DNA of 42,310 nt from Nemertoderma westbladi. Lineage: Eukaryota; Animalia; Xenacoelomorpha. Shown here one piece after another: positions 35,499 through 42,310 of the stretch. Where the stretch lies: NCBI GenBank assembly GCA_032718475.1, contig JAUCBJ010001667.1:1-42310 (forward strand). Reading direction: 5' to 3'. Below the pieces are notes generated by a model that did not search any database, had not been told where the DNA came from, and saw nothing but the letters and a program-made list of their open reading frames with translations. Position 1 is the stretch's first letter; each line of letters opens with the position of its first letter. The position numbers and the translations under genes are program-made.

Positions 35499-36686
35499 TG
35501 TAAAAGCCTTTGCTGAATTGCCCCGTTATTTTTATTATCTTTTACATTAAAATACTCTGTAGTTGATTTAATAGGTGTAAGAGACCGTATTATTGCTGTA
35601 TCGGTGTTTTTTAGAGGATCTATTTCCTCCGTATGTGTACTGTGAAAGGCATAGTTGATGATTCTATGGCAATTCCGTGACGCAAAAGGTGATAGCTACT
35701 CTTGAACAGTAGTTACTATGACTACGGTTAACAGCTGATATTCATACGTGTTGATTTTCTTTGTTCTACGGCGTCTCTCAGTGCAGTCAGCCAATCAGAG
35801 CATTTTTATGGCTCTTGTACAGAAATTTCCTAGAAATCACGCAATGCATTATGGGCAGTGTTTACATTCTGTCCTGAGCCAGGAAAGAACGGCTTTTGGA
35901 ATATTTGTGCTTTTCTGTTTTAGCCTAACACTAGTAGGCTTAATTATAAGGACATATATCCGTTATCATAACATAACATACCAAACTAAACACACTGATT
36001 GTCTCAAACCAAACTGTTATACTGCTATTTACTGTCGGTTCTTCATAATATGGTTGATGAATTATTATATTTGGAATAACGATAAATAACCCCGAAAACC
36101 CAATATTCTTGATATACCGAAGGTAAGAGAGAAAGGTTACATATAACGATTGTGACTTATGTTAAAGTGGTTTGAAGTGAATCTAATGTTATTTGATAGA
36201 CCCTACAGGATTCGGTCCGTGTTCCTTTTATATGTGACTAAAATCAGTGAAGATCGGCAGATCAGTGTGCAGTATTGTGCAGCATCGTGTATGAGTGAGA
36301 CTGATAACGAAGCATTTCCTAAAGAATGCGCCATATATGTGAATTGTAATTAGGCCATATCGTTGTGAGTAGTTTAAGTCATAACTCCGTTTATAGATAG
36401 AGCGCCACGTCCTAAAGGAACTGTTAATATTCCCCGAAGGTGAATAATATTGTCAGAGATTATATAATACTGTCAGTCGAATAATACATTAGGCTTACAT
36501 AGCAATACGATTAAGCCGTCGAACCCAATCTCCCGGGTATATCCAGCGGGTGAATGATCGCGCACCGATTGGTTTCGACTAGTGTAGTGAATCAAATACT
36601 TGTCAGAGGCTAAAAGTGATTTATTATCTAGAAGACATCCTAATTTGGCGGGTTAAACTGCCAAAGGTCTGAAAGCGCGAACAATA
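35499..36686 (+). mobile_element. Solo LTR related to the BEL-1 LTR, inserted in the BEL-4 5' UTR
   Basis: Same termini as 2731-3973, no PBS after it, and ACGG direct repeats at 35495-35498 and 36687-36690. Confidence 0.75.
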
Positions 36687-36960
36687 ACGGATATAGCTTC
36701 TGTATTGCAGTAGGCAATAAAGCTGAAGTACCGGCAACCGGTACCAAGTAGGCCTGACTACCTAACCACCCGGACCGGTACATACAGCAGTACAGGTACA
36801 GCAGTATTATTCGATTTTGATAATTGTATGCCGGTAGGTCTTAATAATTAATCGGGGACGCCTGGTTTTTATTGGGATTTTACTTAGGCCTATTTCTGTC
36901 AGTTTTATTTATTTGTAGGCCAGTATTGAGCAGAAGGCGTGTAAGCCCGCTCAGATTGTA

Positions 36961-37538
36961 CAGATAATTTGTAGGCTTGACTGTTGGCTAACTGTTGATT
37001 AGGTCTGAACGGATTGCAGTGCATGTAGAGTGTAGGTCCGATAAAGAATGGTTAAGAAGTAGGGGCAGCCATTGCTGTAAGGTAAACCCCCATCTAAAGA
37101 ATAAGTCGTACTACTGGGTTAGAACGCATACTACTTAACCATTTCGGAGTCTGTATGTCCTGTGGTTTATTTAGGCTTGATAGTAGTTGGCCAGCGTTTG
37201 GTCTGTACTTTGTTTGTGTAGTCTGTACGGGTAGCGTATAATTTTATTTAGATAATTTGTAGGCTGGATAGTTGTCTGGCTGCTGTTGGGTTTGAGGAAA
37301 TTTCGGTGTGTGTAAAGCATCTGTCCGATAAAGAACGGTTAGGAAGTAGGGGCAGCCATCGCTGTAAGGTAAACCCCCATCTAAAGAATAAGTCGTACTA
37401 CTGGGTTAGAACGCATACTACTTAACCATTTCGGAGTCTACATATACCGTAGTTTGTTTAGGCTTGATAGTAGTCTGTCAGTATTTGGTCTGCATTTTGT
37501 TTGAATAGTCTGTACGCGTAGCGTAATATTTATTATTC
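36961..37538. repeat. 288-bp tandem duplication with a highly conserved ~112-bp fold-back core
   Basis: Cores 37037-37148 and 37324-37435 differ at 3 positions, while the flanks are more diverged. Confidence 0.9.
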
Positions 37539-38477
37539 AGAGTTTATGCGATTATTCGCAACATTCATATCCCCAAGTTTATTCCTACAGTAATTGTGTT
37601 TGTTATACATACCGTTATAGTTAAACTAACCCCGGTACTATACGGGCTGCTCGGCGTAGGTAAAGACTGGTGATTTTGTGCACCGGTCACTCCAGCAGAT
37701 ACCGTGGTTCTTTTAGCTGTTCAAGTATTTTTAACTACTGATTATTTGTTATACAAGTACTTGTACCTAATTTAGGGTTTAGTGTACAGTACTTTCCGAA
37801 AGTAATTAGTGTAGGCATTATATTTGTGTTGTAAAGTGGTTGATAGGCACGTACGTTAGCTCTATTAACTTCTAGGTAGGAACACTCCGTGATACATAAC
37901 GTAGTACCTATAGCGATACGGCTATAGGTCGTCAGGCGGTGGTATTTTCCTATCTGGGCAGCGCAGTGTATTTACTATTACTTATTATTTTCAAATACCG
38001 TAGTAACCTGTCCGTTGTAATAATCAGATATTCTAACCCTTTTGTTAGGCTGGTTAGTAGACTTCTTGTAAAATTACCCTAAAAATTTGTATTCGTGTAT
38101 TTGTAATTAAAATTTTGTGTTTATTTAGAGATTGTAATCTCAACCCGAATTGTACGTAATTTGTAGTATTAAGTAACTTAGGTAAATTAGAATTATTTGT
38201 TTTAGTGTCTAACAAGTAGCACTCCACTGAGAGCGCACAGCTTATGTGTAGTGACTCCCCCAGAAATAATAACATTTATTTCAACATTGACAAAACCCAT
38301 TAAACGGGTATATATATATTATAAATCAACTCAAACGATTTATAAATAGTAGGCCTGCCATATAACAATTAGGTCTCAATATCAGTTGGACTACTGCTTA
38401 AATAACGGCAATAAAGTAAGTTAAAGTAACCAAGTAACCCTTAAAATTCAGAAATTCAATTATTTTAAAATAATTGA

Positions 38478-38725
38478 TATACCGGTATTTACGATAGGCC
38501 TATTATATATTTATATATTTGTGCTGAAATCATACCGGTATTCTGTAATTAATTCTAGTTAATAATTATACTTATATATACTATAAGTGTAAACTGCATA
38601 CCGGTATCCACGATAGGCCTATTATATATTTATATATATTTGTGCTAAAATTATATACCGGTATTCTGTAAAAAACCTAGTCTGTAATAATACTTATATA
38701 TACTATAAGCATACCGGTATACTAA
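38478..38725. repeat. AT-rich imperfect tandem repeat (~120-bp period) with ATACCGGTAT palindromes
   Basis: ATACCGGTAT..ACGATAGGCCTATTATATAT is repeated at ~38478 and ~38598. Confidence 0.7.
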
Positions 38726-38851
38726 TATATTATATATCACGCTACACTGAGTAGCAGTATCGGTAATTAATTACTAGGCTAGCAGTTAATACTGAATTAC
38801 TATACTTACTTAGACTGTAATTGCAGTAGACATTCAACTGTGTAAACAAAC

Positions 38852-41800
38852 ATGTCTGATACTAAGCAGAACCTGTCAGACAGTTTATTAGATGTAACTA
38901 TCTGCGACTCAGATAGAGGTGTAGAACCGTCTAGTCCTAAGTTCAGTTCACCTCCCACTGTGAGGAAGGTCATCCCTCCAGTAGTAATAACAGAACCTAG
39001 GCTGGTCCAACATCGTAGGTCTATCATAGGCACTCGAGCTCAGGTCAAGCGGGACCAAGAAGCAGCGGAACAGCAACAACCCGCGAGCCAAGAACTTATT
39101 TCTCAGCGGCCCGACAGCTCCAGTAGAGAAGATACTGTAGAACTGACACCCGAGCGCGGAGCAAAGATGACGGATGCGGTTTATTCGGATCCCCTTCTCA
39201 TCCTTCCTGCAGCCGTACTCACTAGGTTATTGATTGCGGTGGAAGAACACCAGATCGATTGGGCGAGAAGTAAGCGATCCACTAAAGATCGTTATGAGGG
39301 ATACACAAGGGAAGAACTGAAGTCTATGGTCGCGTCGCAATGGAACTTCCCCGGACCCGGACTCCCGTTTGATTTATCAGAAGCTGTCTGGGAAGACATA
39401 CACCGGATGGGAGTAGCCAAGGAAACCATCGATCCAGCTGTATGGAAGAGGTCCGCAGCCGGATACGCACAAGGATTCTTCAGCTCTATGGAGCGAGTAG
39501 AAAAACAACTGTTTAAACAACCTCAAGGACCTCAAGAGCAGGGACAACTGCTTTATCAAGTTAGAGAAAGAATTCTGCGAATTAGGCTAATCTTATCAGC
39601 CTTTGAGGAGGCTTCTAAAAGAAGACAAGACACGTCGTTGCAAGTTGCCGTAAAGACTTGGTTTCAACGGGTGAGTCGCCAGGTTCAAGGAACAGCTCAG
39701 TGGAAAGCTCAGCTGGAGGAGCGCTCAACCCATGGAGAATCAACGGACGCTACTTTTTCCCAAGTGGAAAGTGAAGCGACGGCAGAGAAACCGCATAAGA
39801 AGGATGCCATTGACATCTATCTGTCGGACTATCAGCGTTTTTTGGGAGATGAAGAGTTGAGGAGAAGGCTAGATGGACTTAGCCCTAATAGTGAAGGAGC
39901 CCAGCGTGTGTTGGATGCAATTGATGTGGATAGGTTAGCGGCGAACCAAGCTAAATTCGATGAACAACTCCGCATCGCTAGAGACCAAGAAGAACAAGTA
40001 AGGAAAAAACGTATAGAAGACAGAAAGATAGCAGCAGTGGCAGAGGCAGAAAGAAAAGCGACCTTGGCAGAAGCAGCGGCAGAGGCAAAAGCAGCAGCAG
40101 CAGAAGCAGAGGCAAAGGCAAAAGCGGCAGCAGCAGAAGCAGAGGCAAAGGCAAAAGCGGCAGCAGCAGAAGCAGAGGCAGAGGCAAAAGCGGCAGCAGC
40201 AGAAGCAGCGGCAGAGGCAAAAGCGGCAGCGGCAGAGGCAAAAGCGGCAGCGGTGGCGGAAGCAGAACGGAGAGCGGCTGAAGAGATCGCCCAACTAGAA
40301 TTGGAAAACATTCAGGAGAATCAAGACTGCATAAATAAACAGTTAACAGCTAGTAATATGCAGATGATGAATCGATCTACTCCCAAAAGACAGGGTTATA
40401 CATCATCTGAGGAAGGCGATACCACCGATACTGAAGGCAAAGGAAATCGATCTCGCCTAAGCAGACGTAAAAGAACATCCCACCGTCAAAAATTGCCTGA
40501 TTTGCCTCCAGCTGTTAGAAGGCAACTAAATAACACCAACTTAGGTAGTACAGAACCCACAGACCAAATAATTACAATAGAGAGACTCCCTACTATAGTA
40601 GATGAGCCCGAAATAGTTAGGTCTGTTCCCGAAGCCACCCTTTCGGTCGTAGAGACACCTGTACTCCCTGAACCTACCTCTCAATTCCCTTTGCACAGCA
40701 CTAAGCTACCTGTGCCCAGCAGAACAGTCCGTGAGACAGTTCATGCCCTGGACTCCGAGCGAAATATCCATGATTTGTCGCCCGTTGTCCCTCGTCCGCC
40801 CGCTACAACGTTGGCGAATCCCGCTTCGGCGGTTGAATGGGTGGATGAGAGACGACGGGGGATGGATCTCCTGCTCGGACAGATGCAGGAGACCGTTCAG
40901 CAATTCAAGGGCACAGTAAGGGAAAGTAGGCTAGAGTTGCAAGAAGTGCAGCAAAGTATCGCGCTAGAACGCGATAAATTAGTAAATACACAAAGGGGTA
41001 TACCACCACCCCCTGTAACAATGTGTCAACCTGTTAGGTCTGAAGTATCTCATGCGCAAGGTGTGGAGCCTACACGCATCTATACTGCTAGCGAAGTAGA
41101 AACTCCTATAGTGAACCCTATTAAGGGTAATTATAGACCTGTTGATAATGATATTCCCTATAGACCGGATCATAATCCGAGAAATTTATATACCGATAAC
41201 TCGATATTAAATAACACGATGGCCCAAGAAAGTTTTACGCGTCAAATGGCTAGAACCGAAGCCCGGCAAGCGGTAAAGGTGGGAGAGATCGTCAAGTTCA
41301 ATGGAGATGAGATGAAATGGTTACCTTTTAATGAATATTACAAAGATAACATACAGAACTCTGTGCTATCTAATGGAGAGAAACTTAGATTCCTCATCGA
41401 GTGCTTGGAAGGATCTCCAAAGTTAATGGCATTAAAGTTTATTGGACATCCAGACGGATTAAGACAAGTTTGGGATACACTAAACATCAGGTATGGTAAT
41501 AGGAATAACATAGCTGGGTATTTGTATGCAAAGTTGGTAGCGCCCCGAAAGTTTATTAGCAGCGGAATTATAGAGTTTTCCGATGAGATTCAGGAGATCT
41601 GTAGACAATTAGATTGGCTAGGTAAGTCTCATGAGTATCAGAATGCTATGGTTATTAGAGCAGTGGCTTCTACTTTACCGAAGGGTGGAGTAGGTACACG
41701 CTGGGATAAGAAAGTGTTATATATGATGGAACAACAACGACGAGACCCTACCATGGCTGATCTCATGTCATTCCTAGATGGAGAAGTGAAATTACAGCTC

Positions 41801-42310
41801 CTGAAACTGTCCAGGGAGAAGACACCGGAAAACAAGGTAAGTGAAAAACCCGTCTCTAGGAGAAAGGTAACACCAGTGTGCTATACAGACGACGGCGAAA
41901 GCCAGACTTCTCAAGGAGAAGATAGCGGGAAAGACACTGATAGATCTTATTATGTAAATAAAATGCCTAAAGATCAGGTAAGTAAATTCAAGTCTCGAAC
42001 AAATGACAGGAGAGAACAGGTAAGAAAAACTCCTCCTACGTCTCCCAAGAGAATTCAGGTGAGAAAGCCCGAAGAAAAAGCAAGTGTACACAATGTGACT
42101 CAGAGTAAGGTGAGTAACATCAAACCGAAATGTGCGCTATGTGACGGGACCCATCGCTTAAATATGTGTGATGAATTTCTAAAGAAATCATTAACTGAGA
42201 GACGTGAAGTCATGTGGGATAAGCGGTTATGTTATAATTGCCTCAGACAAGGACACCAACGGCGAACCTGTTACTCTGACATAAGGTGTGCAAAGTGTGG
42301 TGCGAAACAT
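38852..42310 (+). CDS. gag: BEL/Pao Gag (open to the window edge, at least 1153 aa; absent from the ORF track because it has no stop)
   Basis: ATG at 38852 (MSDTKQNL...). It contains an Ala/Glu/Lys helical repeat at ~40030-40280, KFNGDEMKWLPF...EKLRFLIECLEG, and the knuckles CALCDGTHRLNMC, CYNCLRQGHQRRTC and CAKCGAKH. Confidence 0.9.
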   Translation, partial: MSDTKQNLSDSLLDVTICDSDRGVEPSSPKFSSPPTVRKVIPPVVITEPRLVQHRRSIIGTRAQVKRDQEAAEQQQPASQELISQRPDSSSREDTVELTPERGAKMTDAVYSDPLLILPAAVLTRLLIAVEEHQIDWARSKRSTKDRYEGYTREELKSMVASQWNFPGPGLPFDLSEAVWEDIHRMGVAKETIDPAVWKRSAAGYAQGFFSSMERVEKQLFKQPQGPQEQGQLLYQVRERILRIRLILSAFEEASKRRQDTSLQVAVKTWFQRVSRQVQGTAQWKAQLEERSTHGESTDATFSQVESEATAEKPHKKDAIDIYLSDYQRFLGDEELRRRLDGLSPNSEGAQRVLDAIDVDRLAANQAKFDEQLRIARDQEEQVRKKRIEDRKIAAVAEAERKATLAEAAAEAKAAAAEAEAKAKAAAAEAEAKAKAAAAEAEAEAKAAAAEAAAEAKAAAAEAKAAAVAEAERRAAEEIAQLELENIQENQDCINKQLTASNMQMMNRSTPKRQGYTSSEEGDTTDTEGKGNRSRLSRRKRTSHRQKLPDLPPAVRRQLNNTNLGSTEPTDQIITIERLPTIVDEPEIVRSVPEATLSVVETPVLPEPTSQFPLHSTKLPVPSRTVRETVHALDSERNIHDLSPVVPRPPATTLANPASAVEWVDERRRGMDLLLGQMQETVQQFKGTVRESRLELQEVQQSIALERDKLVNTQRGIPPPPVTMCQPVRSEVSHAQGVEPTRIYTASEVETPIVNPIKGNYRPVDNDIPYRPDHNPRNLYTDNSILNNTMAQESFTRQMARTEARQAVKVGEIVKFNGDEMKWLPFNEYYKDNIQNSVLSNGEKLRFLIECLEGSPKLMALKFIGHPDGLRQVWDTLNIRYGNRNNIAGYLYAKLVAPRKFISSGIIEFSDEIQEICRQLDWLGKSHEYQNAMVIRAVASTLPKGGVGTRWDKKVLYMMEQQRRDPTMADLMSFLDGEVKLQLLKLSREKTPENKVSEKPVSRRKVTPVCYTDDGESQTSQGEDSGKDTDRSYYVNKMPKDQVSKFKSRTNDRREQVRKTPPTSPKRIQVRKPEEKASVHNVTQSKVSNIKPKCALCDGTHRLNMCDEFLKKSLTERREVMWDKRLCYNCLRQGHQRRTCYSDIRCAKCGAKH

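Larger units (their letters stand above)
34779..42310 (+). mobile_element. BEL/Pao element (BEL-4), 5' part: LTR, PBS, long 5' UTR and gag
   Basis: LTR-like TGTG...CACA, a PBS, and an open gag to the window edge. Confidence 0.8.

Noticed and set aside
36628-36680. Hammerhead ribozyme (CTAGAAGA...stem...GAAA)
   Set aside because: The core is not CUGANGA, the stem II register does not fit, and GAAA is absent in the homologous LTR at ~3957.
37079-37108. RNase P-like GGTAAACCCC and group I intron S-like AAGAATAAGTCG
   Set aside because: Short isolated matches; the partner elements (P4 helix, conserved P7 GACU strand) are missing.

Overview
Eukaryotic, probably invertebrate, transposon nest with no recognisable host gene. 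It holds four BEL/Pao-type LTR retrotransposons: BEL-1 (3' end only, ~1-3973, +), BEL-2 (degenerate gag, no pol, ~9380-15260, -), BEL-3 (near complete, 20126-33668, -) and BEL-4 (5' LTR plus a gag running off the window, from ~34779, +). It also holds a Ty3/Gypsy (Mag-like) gag-protease split by BEL-3, two RTE-like LINE fragments, two non-autonomous TIR elements, a solo LTR and several tandem arrays, including a 1.8-kb (GACT)n. The main observation is an extra sense ORF downstream of the BEL-3 integrase. The ORF track shows it as four pieces, but all lie in one frame. It reads as a WRN/EXD/Mut-7-type DEDDy 3'-5' exonuclease fused to three CCHC zinc knuckles with a basic tail. A divergent homologue occupies the pre-LTR position in BEL-1, suggesting a conserved accessory nuclease gene of these retrotransposons. 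BEL-1's family assignment rests on this shared ORF and its PPT/LTR layout, because its pol lies outside the window. All domain calls are by-eye motif recognition; no database searches were run.
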